Positions 26,235 through 37,300 of a stretch of DNA of 64,000 nt are shown piece by piece (the stretch's first letter is position 1; every line of letters begins with the position of its first letter). The notes beneath the pieces are model-generated. The model worked only from the letters and a program-made list of their open reading frames with translations, had not been told where the DNA came from and did not search any database. Position numbers and translations under genes: made by a program. Origin of the DNA: Lepidodermella squamata (taxonomy: Eukaryota; Animalia; Gastrotricha); NCBI GenBank assembly GCA_047495785.1, contig JBLDXI010000016.1, positions 620,001-684,000 on the forward strand, written 5' to 3'.

Positions 26235-26449
26235 TTGTAAATAGACAACTCGCGAGCGAAGCGAGCTTTAACTGACGGTTTTTTCCGATTTTGAGTCTGA
26301 AAATGGTCCAAGATGCCTTGTTTCTTGGCGTGAATCTATCTTTCACTATTTTTCTATTTTGAGGCCCATAGAACACCAGTGTCCTACAGGACACTCGAAA
26401 GTTCGCAAAGGACACGAGTGTCCTTTAGGACACGGTTTGGGAAACGCTG
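26235..26449. mobile_element. Orphan hAT-type terminus, same family as the right end of 29431-31852
   Basis: Ends in ggtttgggaaacgctg, and about 200 bp is similar to 31670-31852. Confidence 0.7.
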
Positions 26450-26454
26450 AACTA

Positions 26455-26798
26455 TAGCGTGTCCCATAAGTAACGCCAGCAAAGAAAATACACGGAAAAA
26501 ACATTCAGAAACTCTAAAATCAGACATAAATCTCATGGTCAGAAAATAATCACGAGAATGATGGGTTTAAAAAAATTCCGGAGAAATTAGGTCCAACCGG
26601 ATAAAATAATAAAATTACCGAGCCAGTTACCATCGGGGTTTCCCGAATTTTTCATCGGTAAAATTTCTATTTTTCGGTTATATCGGGGTTAAAAAATAGA
26701 ATATTCCCTCGTTAGGTTTAATTTATGAAAAAATATTCGAATTTCTCACAAAAGATTGCCAAATTGAAAAATTGTCGCGCAACTTCTGGGACACGCTG
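26455..26798. mobile_element. Tc1/mariner-type MITE
   Basis: TA|(t)AGCGTGTCCCATAAGT ... ACTTCTGGGACACGCTG|TA. Confidence 0.65.
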
Positions 26799-27013
26799 TA
26801 AGAAGCAAAAATAAAAGCAGATAATTCATCGGTGAGATTTACGCCAAGCGCATCTTCAAATGAGCATTCTACACGCAAAAGAACAAGTTTTCATAGCTAT
26901 TTTTCATAGCTATTATACAGGAATTGAAAACCATTGATTCTCGCAAAAGCTTTGAAGGGGAGGAAACACCCCATCCCTCCTGGCACACTGGCCTTATAAT
27001 TTCAAGATAATTA

Positions 27014-27392
27014 CCGTACTGCCCGGAACAAAAACCATGACATTTGTTTTTTTCAAACGCTGATGAACCACTGACATTTAAAAGGGACTGACATTTATTT
27101 CGGGCCTGACATTTATTTATTCGAACCAGCTAGTAACTTGCCTGGGTACCAAAATGGCATATAGTTTCCTGAGATTCTACGTATTTTGACCCAAAAATTG
27201 GTCCCTGACCTTTCTATAAGCCAAGAGTAGAAATTATCTCCATTCAGAATGGCCATAATGACCTCATTAGTGATCTTCAGTATAGTCCCTGCAATTGACC
27301 TGACATTTATTTCGGGCCTGACATTTATTATTTCGAACGACCTCTAACCTCTGACATTTATTTGAGGCTGGCTTTTTTTTCGGGCAGTACGG
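27014..27392. mobile_element. Tc1/pogo-type MITE with internal CTGACATTTATTT repeats
   Basis: TA|CCGTACTGCCCG ... CGGGCAGTACGG|TA, with about 7 copies of tgacattt. Confidence 0.8.
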
Positions 27393-27932
27393 TATGCTCA
27401 AAATCTCGAGACTAAAAATCGATCAGTTGGTAAGGCCAATCGATTTAAAAGGAAGACCACTTTAGGAATTCGGAAAAATGTAGACCGCCAAGTAACGTTT
27501 TGGCAAATAAAATTCGGAGAATTATTTGTAGCTTATTTTCATTATCTTCCCGGGCTGATTTGGCGAAGACTGACAGCGACCTACAATTTATCAATAAAAA
27601 TCATTTTCGTGATTTCAAACAACAATTTTCACAAGGCATTGGGATTCACGTGGCTAGAAAGGGCTCATCAAGCTGATTTTAGAGATATGTAATTCACTGG
27701 AATCGCAATCGAAATGGGTCTGAAAGTGCCAAAAATGACTTTTTTGTCTAGACTCGCAGGCCTAAGCAGAAAAAAATGGCGTAGTATTCTGGGTAAAAAG
27801 AGGAAATGGATGCGTCTGTAAGAATGGAAATGATGTTTATGCGTAGCAACTCCGTGACGGCAACTTCATGATTTGTGCGCATCTGGAGCCATTTACGGCG
27901 TAAACGATTCGCTTGAGCTGGTAACGCAACTA

Positions 27933-29163
27933 CAGTGCTCCCTCGATATAAGCAACCCCGATAAGAGCAATCCCTCGCTACTAGCAACTTTTTTTGGATC
28001 CCGTTGATTTTATTTGTTAAAAAATTATTTTTCGTCAAATTAAAATTTTTTACATGCTAATTTTTAATTTACATGAAGAATTTGTTTACGTTAGCAACAG
28101 AATTGTAACGCTGCTCCTGGCGTTTTAGATTTTTCAGTTGGACGGCGGCGCGTCGTGATCTCTTGATCTCCATCTTTACAGATCGATGTTTTTTATCTCA
28201 GCATTGGCTTCAATATTGAGATCGAGCGCGCGCGTTTGCTCTCTCGTATTTTTTCATTCACAAACACTACTACTAGCCATTGATGAGATTTTTTAAAGAA
28301 TGATAGTGATTACGCTACGGGTCAGGAAAAATGATTTAAAAAGCGATAAAAAGCAAACCGCTGATTATCTACTGTTTGGCCGAAGTGTTGAGAACAGATA
28401 AAGGTGACATTCAAGCTTGTTGTATTCCATCAAAGCACATCACGAGGAATTGCCGTGAATCTGTTTTAATTCAATAGAATTCTGAAAAATTAAAGTTAGG
28501 ATGCAGCTTCAACTCAAGATTCAAGCAAACTTCCAACAAGATTTCCAAGCAAGGTTCGCGGATTTATGAGAAAAGATGAGTTTCAACCTTGGATAGGTTT
28601 TACCCAATTCTCCTAGCCGAATTTTTCCCAAAATTGTTCGCTTATCCGCTAGTGGATCCATGGTTTGCCTTTGAATCAAATGGAATTGCTACATTTAATT
28701 CCAATGAAGGCTTTCAAGCTTTGTTAACCTTCAAATTTCCAAATTCGGATCAATTAAATTAAAATATCGCATTCGAATTAAATGGCTCTCAAATATCGCT
28801 GGGTAAATTCGCGTAACCGAAGTGTCCTGATCATAAATGAAGAAATTATTCGATTAAATATTTCTCAGAAATTGTTAGAAAAATGTTAAAAAAATTTCAG
28901 CCAGCTTAAAATACAATTGGAATTCAAATGATCAAACTTTGCATATCAAATACTATCTACCACATCGAAAATCATTACATGAACACCAGATTATCTTGGA
29001 TATGGCTAACCAGTAAAATCAACGTCGCCCTAGCAACTGAGAAAAAAACCTGGCGACGCACTTATGATTCATCGCTAGCTCTTTAACAGCCCTCTATAAG
29101 AGCAACCCTCGATAAGAGCAATCGCGTGGATCCCGCCCCCTTGCTTATATCGAGGGAGCACTG
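27933..29163. mobile_element. Tigger/pogo-type non-autonomous element
   Basis: Perfect 23-bp TIR CAGTGCTCCCTCGATATAAGCAA, TA TSD, and subterminal gataagagcaa repeats. Confidence 0.88.
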
Positions 29164-29430
29164 TACTCCGTAGCAGATTCTCTGCAATAATGTGGCCGAT
29201 GAATCACGCGCAATTTATACAAGAGAAGTGCCGAGGCAGAACTTATCACCGCAATTGTTTCGCGATTTGTGTACTTGTTGCTATTCGGACGCATCTCGGT
29301 GATAGCTCAGCACTAGAACCGTCAATGCCTGTTTTCAGCCCTAAAAACGATATTCCTAGCCCAAGTTATACACCAAATATGAAATGATATTATTTTTCCT
29401 CCCCTGGATCGGGCTGAGCCAACCTTATTC

Positions 29431-31852
29431 CAGCGGTTCCCAAACTTGTTGTCTCGTATGGCACATCATTGTTCTATGAGAATGGGGGTTATTTTTCAAG
29501 CCGTCTTTATCGATAAAGTCGGCTCTATATCCCAGAAGTAACTTCAAATCATCGTAACAACAGTAACTTTTATCGAACCATTTTAACTTAAACCATCGGA
29601 CTTATCGGAATTATACAATGACAGTCAAAAGATCCGCACGGTGGAATTGAGGCGATGCTCGTTGAAATTTTTCGCACGTGCGAAATGAGGCTGTTTATTC
29701 CCAGCAAAACGGACCAAAATGACGCCTTTTTCACGATCTCCAAAAATAGCTCCAAGGAAATGGGGATAGTTTCAATAATATGAATATATTCATGAGATGT
29801 CATGAAACTAGGACATTCTTAGTTAAGAGCCAAAAATTGCAGAAAAATTTGAGCACTTAGAGTAAGGTTATAACAAATCAAAAATAATTTTTCCATAATT
29901 TTTCTGACATAATTATCAACTTTGAGGGCTTCGGAATATTAATTAGCACCTTATGAATATTCATATTTTTAAAACTACTAAAACTTCTTGGTGTGTCCGA
30001 GTTACACTTTTTGTTTTTAGCTGAGTTTAACCCAAGCTTGGAGCTAAAAATAGTTCAGGCGCGTGTGAGATATTTTTAGTTTCAACTCAACAAATTCCTG
30101 ACCGTGCGTAACTTTTGATTTTCACTGTATTAGTTATACCCGAAAAACGTCTATTTTCACCGGAAAAGCATTATTCTGCTATTATAAATTATTCCGATGT
30201 AATAAGACACTTATTAGCTCATCATTTATTAATGCAAACACTTCCTCCATGAGAAGAAAATTATTTTAGCCACAACGGCCGCGACGGTTGCCACCTCGAA
30301 TTGAAGGTTGAATTTGGTCGACCTGAGTCACCGAACGGCTGCGACCCCGTCTAGCCTCAGCAGCCACGACTGAAGATTCAACCGACTGGAAATTTGCAGT
30401 AGCCACGCAGCCACGTCCTCTTCCTCGTGCTCGCGTGTTTGACGTGGAGTTGGGGACGACTGTAGCTTGAACGGCAGCACCGCGTCCTCTTCCTCTTCCT
30501 AGACCACGGCTGGGTAAAAGTGAAGCTTCATTACCAATTTTCAACAGCAGCTCCACGACCAAGGCCACGTCCTATTCCTCTTCCTCGACCACGACTGGGT
30601 AAATAAGATTCGTTGTTGATGACGATGAATGAAGGGTCCGTTTCAACAGCAACTCCACGGCCAGAGCCTAGTCCTCTTCCTCCTCCTCGACCACGACCTC
30701 GCTTTGATAGAGTAGCCACCTCGTGACTAACTGGAACATCAAGGTTGACTGAAGGGGCGGCTACGATAGCAGCACCACGCTGTTGAACCAGTGAAAGGGC
30801 AAGGCCATGACGAGGAGGTCTACCACGATTCCCTCGCGGTACAAGCGGAATCGACTGAAGCTCAGGGTCGATGGTCCTCTCTCCGTGCTCATGCGCCAAG
30901 GCGAAAGCGTGAATGCGTGTGTAGGGAATCGTCTTCATTCCTTCTCGGCACGTACATTCAACCGAACCACCTCCGAAGTAGACGAGGCAGCAGAAGTCGA
31001 TGGAGCTTTCGAATTGAGCCAAACTGGTCCAGGATCCTGAAGCTCGCGCTTCGCTGACCGAAGGATCCACATTCCACCCAGGTTTCTGAACTATCCAACC
31101 GTTATCGGCGATTTTCTCAAAGCTATCTTTAAACTTGGTGTAAAGTTGATAGGCTTCTTTGTCGAGGCGATTGGTTATCTCAGGCGTAGTAGCGAACGGG
31201 ACGGAATCTGCTGCCCAGTGACTGAGAACGTCGTCAGTTTTGGACAAGAAGGCCGTTAGGGCGTGGACAGTCCGGTCGGTTTCCTCTGCATTCAGCCTGA
31301 TGTTGAGCGATTCATTACCGTTATTGGTGGCGCAGAAATCAGACGCCCCTTCATCACGAGCCTGACAATGGACCGTAAATGTAGATCGGTTCAAATTAGC
31401 TGATGAAATCTTCGTAGGTTTCAGCATGAGTACTGGCTCGAAGTTCAGCCTTTAAAAGGTGTCATAGCAGTAAAAACTTCGAAAATAGGGAAAAATTTAT
31501 TAAATTTGACTGAAAGCGTCGGCAATTTACCTCGTCATAATCTCTTGCGAGTTGAACAAGAGTGAGCAAAAAACGAGATGATGCCTCGGGGTTTATGGAG
31601 TTTTCGTTCTTAGCTATGAAATTACAGTCTGTAACATGCTTATAACAATGCATTTCATAAAATTAATCATAAAATAGGCAACTCGCGAAGAGGGCAAGCT
31701 TTAGCTGACGGTTTTTTTCTCGATTTTGAGTCTGAAAATGGTCTAAAAATGCGTCGTTTCTTATGTGGATCCATTCTTGTTCTTTATCATTTTTAGGCCC
31801 ATAGGACACCGACCCTTGAAAGTTGGCATAGGATACGGTTTGGGTAACGCTG
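29431..31852. mobile_element. hAT-type (Charlie-like ends) non-autonomous element carrying a MULE-derived fragment
   Basis: CAGCGGTTCCCAAAC ... GTTTGGGTAACGCTG. The flanks CCTTATTC and CCTCATGC match at 6/8, consistent with an eroded 8-bp TSD. Confidence 0.7.
30266..31427 (-). pseudogene. C-terminal part of a MULE/SWIM transposase with RGRGRG repeats, frameshifted near 30540
   Basis: TNNGNESLN (catalytic E motif), degenerate SWIM CTC..YTRIH, an RGRP AT-hook, then several RGRGRG blocks. Confidence 0.7.
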
Positions 31853-32411
31853 CCTCATGCTGCTTCACGATCGTACAGCACGATCAGGCTCTTGAATCTG
31901 AGAATCCGAGAATCTGACACCGCGCCTGCATGTGGCTCTTCATTGCAGTTTCAGCATCCTTCTCAGAATATTGACTATTGACAGCACAAGTGGCGGCTGC
32001 GGCTGAACTTCCCTCCATCGAGATCAGAGATAATGAAGAATTTCAAGCAGTTTTTTCACGAGATGAATATCTTTCCTAGAAATAATGTCAATTGAGTAAA
32101 TTGCTAATATCACAAGCTCTAAGCTATTCCTGCCTATCACAAAATAATGAGTCTTATCGATGTTTATACGTGTCAGATCTGAGACCAGTTCAAAAACGGC
32201 AGAATATCATTAGCGGTGATAAACACGTTTTCGCCTATGCAAGGCGCCTTCGATATATTATGCAATGTTGCAGTAATACGTTGGGTGCTGTAATGTAAAC
32301 ATCGCTAAAAAACGCTACGCATATTTTACAATACAAATCCACTAATACTAAGTATATATAAATGTACTGAGCTAGAAAGCCGCGTATCACGCGCTGGAGA
32401 CGACATCTAAA

Positions 32412-32816
32412 ATGATTATGATACCTTTGGCCAAAATGTTGAATCGAAATCTCGAATGGGAATTTTCCACCTGCTCCATGGGTTCAATGGGTTCTGTAAG
32501 TTTTACAGCAATCGAACTCAAGGTAGTCGTCCATTTAAGGTGGAAAAAAGTCAAAATTTCAGACTTAGAATCTGTTCAAGAGGACATTACGAAATTTTCG
32601 AGCGATGATGTCGCTTTGCTGAAAGAAACACCACGAAGCGAAGGATGGAATATAGTCAGGCTAGCAAGGAAGGTTCTCGATTACGATTGTGCAAGTACGC
32701 AATCCTATGAAAAATTCAAATTTTTGCTAGCCGGCCACAAGTCCGTAGCCAAAAGCACAGAAGACTCGCCGATAACATTCGACTCGACATTATTCACCCA
32801 CATTACGAAATTTTAA
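32412..32816 (+). other. 134-aa ORF of unknown nature, possibly an exon remnant
   Basis: An open frame with protein-like composition in otherwise AT-rich DNA; no motif recognised. Confidence 0.2.
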
Positions 32817-33034
32817 CATCACTTCAACGCACTTCAACGAGAACGCGACCGATTAACGCTTTTTTACTTCATCTTACCGTAGTGTGAAAATGCCTATTTT
32901 GTATTAAAATGAATAACGAGATTCGAGTGAATAACGAGTGAATAATTGTTTTATGGAACTCGAACCATGTAACAGATTAAAACGAGGATTGTTAATATAC
33001 ACCCTTTATGTAAGAAAAGTATGTCGGGCGATTA

Positions 33035-34267
33035 CATAGAGATGATAGACGTCGCATTTACACGAGCTACTTCGTAATTATCGATGTTAATTACTTCGGC
33101 TGTTGCGTCATCATTTTACTTTAACTCGAGTGAGCGCTGTTTTTAATGTTATGTGCATTTTTATGGGCGCTGTTAACAAGTCACTGCAAGGCGGTTTAAA
33201 ACTCAAATTTCGCGGTATCAAGAAATCCCAATTTCATTAAATTTTCGATCAAATGCTGGCACGTGGTCAATACAATTCTCCTCGTGGTGAAAAGAAATGA
33301 CCGATTTCGCAATTATAAAAAATTATTAAATGTTGCCAAAATAATTCTAAATGAATTATGTAACGAATCGCGCCACTGCGGCAGGTTCCAGCTATACCAT
33401 GTAGGTATTGGTAATAGGAAAAATACTTGAAAAAATAAACAAAATCAGAAAATATTGATAGTTTCGAGATTTTCCCATTATTTTCGTGGGTTTTGTTAAG
33501 CGTTCCTTTTTAAAGGTCCAAACAGGAGCCTAAATTACATTAAATTTTCTAATATTTCTACGTGAAAATTCTCCCTAAATTATTTTAATAATATTGGAAT
33601 AGCCATCGCCGTGACTTCATCCATTTTGATCCGCTATCTAGAAGTGTCGGATTTAAATACCATTTTTCAAAATTTCATATTATTTTTACTTTTTCTCGAG
33701 AAAATTCGTAAAAAAACTCAGATTTCTTTTCATAGCAAGCTTGAAGCGAGGTGCTATTATAGGCATGCATAGACCTCAGCTAATTTTGAGATATTTCTTC
33801 ACGACCAAGTGCCAAATATTTTATTTTGTTTAAAAAAAATGGATAAAAGTACGCATTAAGTCTTTAGTGAGAATGATTGCATAACAGTGAAAGTAGGTAA
33901 TTAACTTGGATAATTATGGGTAGTCTAGTGTAAATGCGACGAGAGTGCTCACTCGCAGCTAAGAGGGTGGAACGCTATGGGCACCAGATGGCAGGGGATT
34001 AACTCATTGTCCTGGGGGAAAAAACTGAACTAATTACAATTCGATCGATTGCACTTATCGCTCGATTTCTCGTCTTTCAAAGTTTGAATGACCCGACGCC
34101 CAGTTTCGGCCCCAGCAATCGAAGCGAGAAATCGAGCGATAAGTGCAATCGATCGAATTGTAATTAGTTCAGTTTTTTCCCCCAGGACAATGAGTTAATC
34201 CCCTGCCATCTGGTGCCCATAGCGTTTCACCCTCTTAGCTGCGAGTGAGCACTCTATCATCTCTATG
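33035..34267. mobile_element. P-element-type foldback MITE in the 3' flank of copy D
   Basis: Perfect 8-bp TSD GGCGATTA, ends CATAGAGATGATAGAG, and ~140-bp near-perfect inverted arms. It contains a nested insertion. Confidence 0.88.
33050..33941. mobile_element. TIR element (CGTCGCATTTACAC ends, 3-bp TSD AGA) nested in the P-type MITE
   Basis: 14-bp perfect TIR. The TSD was deduced from the uninterrupted opposite arm of the host. A partial inverted copy lies at ~50490-50663. Confidence 0.8.
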
Positions 34268-34322
34268 GGCGATTATACTCTGGGATAAAACAATGCATCA
34301 TTGATATCTAGGGAACATGATG

Positions 34323-37300
34323 TTAAACTGCATTAGCAGCAATCCAATCTAAGTAGGATGCCACACGGGTCTGAACGGCGTAGGAGGAACTGCAGGTCTT
34401 GGTTCCGAACGATGTTATGCCGCATAATTTGTAATAGCCCTGCGAGTAGGACATGACAGGGCCACCAGCATCGCCGCTACACGGCGCTACACCTCCATCT
34501 TCGTAACCTTTTTAAAATAACTAGATTAGCAAAGTCTGATTTCGTAACGGAAATAATCGCCATGCCTGTGCACATCATCGAGTCAGTTATCACGGTATTA
34601 TATGAATTTTGACAAGCCGCTTTGCTAACAATGGGCGTTGTGATGTATCTCAGCACGTCACTTGAAGCCGCACCGGGATTAGTGCGACCCCATCCTGATA
34701 ATATCAACATGTCAAAATTCACACCAAATGAATTGATACTTACCAGCAGACACAACAGGCGTTCCGACACTGCAATCGTCCGATGCTGATGTTGGAAGGC
34801 AGATTTTCTGAACAGCCCAGTTTGTGAAGTTCAGCGAACCTTAAAAATATACGAAGTGCACTTTCATACATATTTATGTATGACAAAATTAACTTTCATA
34901 CATATTTTTTTTCATAAAATGTTTTCTAGCCAAACTGTGATTAGGAATTGGGGTTAGGGGTTTGAGATAAGTGCCAGGGTTCGGGTTAGGGTTAAGGTAA
35001 GATTTAGGGTTTGGTTAGGGTTCAGGATTAAGGGTAGGGTTAGGGTAATTCGATTTTCGGGTTTCCACGAAGCTAGATTTTTGGGCCCTTGCGCTTCCCC
35101 AATAACCATTTTCTTGCGGGAAAAATTGACTACGCTTTCGGAACCCCGTTTTTCTTTTCCGTAAACCGAAACCTAGTCATCTGGCATTTCCCTAATGTTT
35201 TCAGCTTGAATTTAATGAAAAAAAATATGTATGAAAGTTAATTTTGGCATACATTAATATGTATGAAAGTTAAAAATTTCATACATATTTATGTATGAAA
35301 GTTGGCACCCAAAAATACATTTGAAAATTTACCAATGTGCGGCTGAAATGTGAAAGTTTTACTAGAAACCGGTCTACGAGGTGGAAACCTCGAACTAATT
35401 TGCACACCGAACAGGAATTTATTGATTATGCATTCTTAGACTCTATAGAACTCGAAATTCTACTCCGGGGAATGCCGAGAGTGTATCAAATTCCAGAGCT
35501 AAATAAAGTCCTACTGTTTTGGCCTGCTCAGATTTCACGTATATACATATACGAAATTTGAATGTCGAAGGACTGAATGAATATTTTGACTTTGGAAAGA
35601 CATTGCACTACAAAAAATAAGTCTGTTTTCACTGACATTGTGTTTGAGGTTGTAAGTTGAAAAAAATCCGCACGCTCATAGACAATGATGTACCATCATT
35701 GTCTATGCGCACGCTGATTGGTCAGTTGGCTCGTATCCATGACTCCGCCTTGCTACTTGATCGTGCGATCTATATAATTTGTGGCTTTTATTAATTTTAT
35801 GAAGGCCGTATCGTAGCACGCGTTTCCAACAAATGCGTAAAACCATTCATAAAAAGATATTTTTTGCAAACATTTTATGGATCGCACGATCAAGTAGCAA
35901 GGCGGAGTCATGGATACGAGCCAACTGACCAATCAGCGTGCAGATTTTTTTCAACTTACAACCTCAAACACAATGGAGCACGAAAGTCCGTTATTACAAA
36001 ATGTTGGTAAAAAACTCGGTGATTATCTGACGCCTGGTAATCACTTTTTCGGAAACTTCGTGAAAACTAAGCACTCGGTAATCACCTAAGTAAACTATTC
36101 GTAATAACCGAGTTCTTGGTAATCACCTCAGCAAAGTTTTGGTAATAACGGAGTTCTAGGTAAATATCTCTGTTAATAATTTGTATAAACTGATTATTTA
36201 CCGATTTTTTAGTTTTGACGTGGATGACATGGAGGAAAGCTAAATTGTGGAAAAAACGCTCAACTTAAAAGCCCGTAGGTTGTGGAGCGTTGAGCCCTAC
36301 GCTAGCAACATGACAAATTAATTACAAAAGTCTCCCGAGAATAGGTTGGGTCAATTGTTTAGATCAATTGTCTACTCTGTAGTTTCCAAACTCTGTCAAC
36401 CAAAATTCGCAGACTAATCGGCTTAGATTTCAAGATCGGCTTTTTATGTGCATAGATTTCGATGGATTGAAATCTATAAGCATAGCAGAAGTCGGTCTAG
36501 TAATAATAATTAGGAATAAAATATAAAAATGGAGTGAAAACACATATTGACGTGCTCACTCTGGTACCTGATTATAGCCATGCATCTTAGAGGAAAACCA
36601 TAGACAATGATGTAACAGATCGGACACTCACGCACTTGCCTGTTTACGCTAAACCATAAATTTGCACACTAATTTAAATGCATTGATTTAAAAGGTGAAA
36701 ATAGTCGTAGGCCTCGGAATTTTTTGAAACTTGGACCTAAAAATTCCTCATCTTTCAAGGATGCTAGTGATGCAAACTTCGAGGTGCGGTTCCTTCCCTA
36801 TGATTTTTAAATTAGGAAAAAAGATTGTAGCGATTTTTGTCAGTTGTTAAGTCTATTTTCAAGTTTTTTTTAGCGCCACTCAAAATTTGATTGTTACGAA
36901 AAACGAACATCTGTGGCATACTCTATTTTTATTGCTATTTTTCAGCTTTAATTTAAGTTGATCGAAAAATTGTAGATAGATATCAAAATAGAAAGAAATT
37001 GAAGCGTTTTTCATTTTTCATTCACATGTTTTCGTTTTGAGCCGCTTTACGGCTTTTCGTCGGTTGCTTCATAGCCACCTGCCGCATTTTGAGCTCATGG
37101 CGAAGGAAAGTTCCAGCCGCAACAGCGACAATCGATTTGAAGAGTTGATGAGAGTGTGGCGCAGCACCGGCGTCGAATTCTTGGCAAAGGCCGTCAAGAA
37201 GCACCGGCCTGGCACAAGCCGCGTAAAAAAGCGTTCTTTGCACGGCAACGATGGGTAGTGAAGTTCTTATGTAATTGTCCAGATTTTCACGTATGATCGA

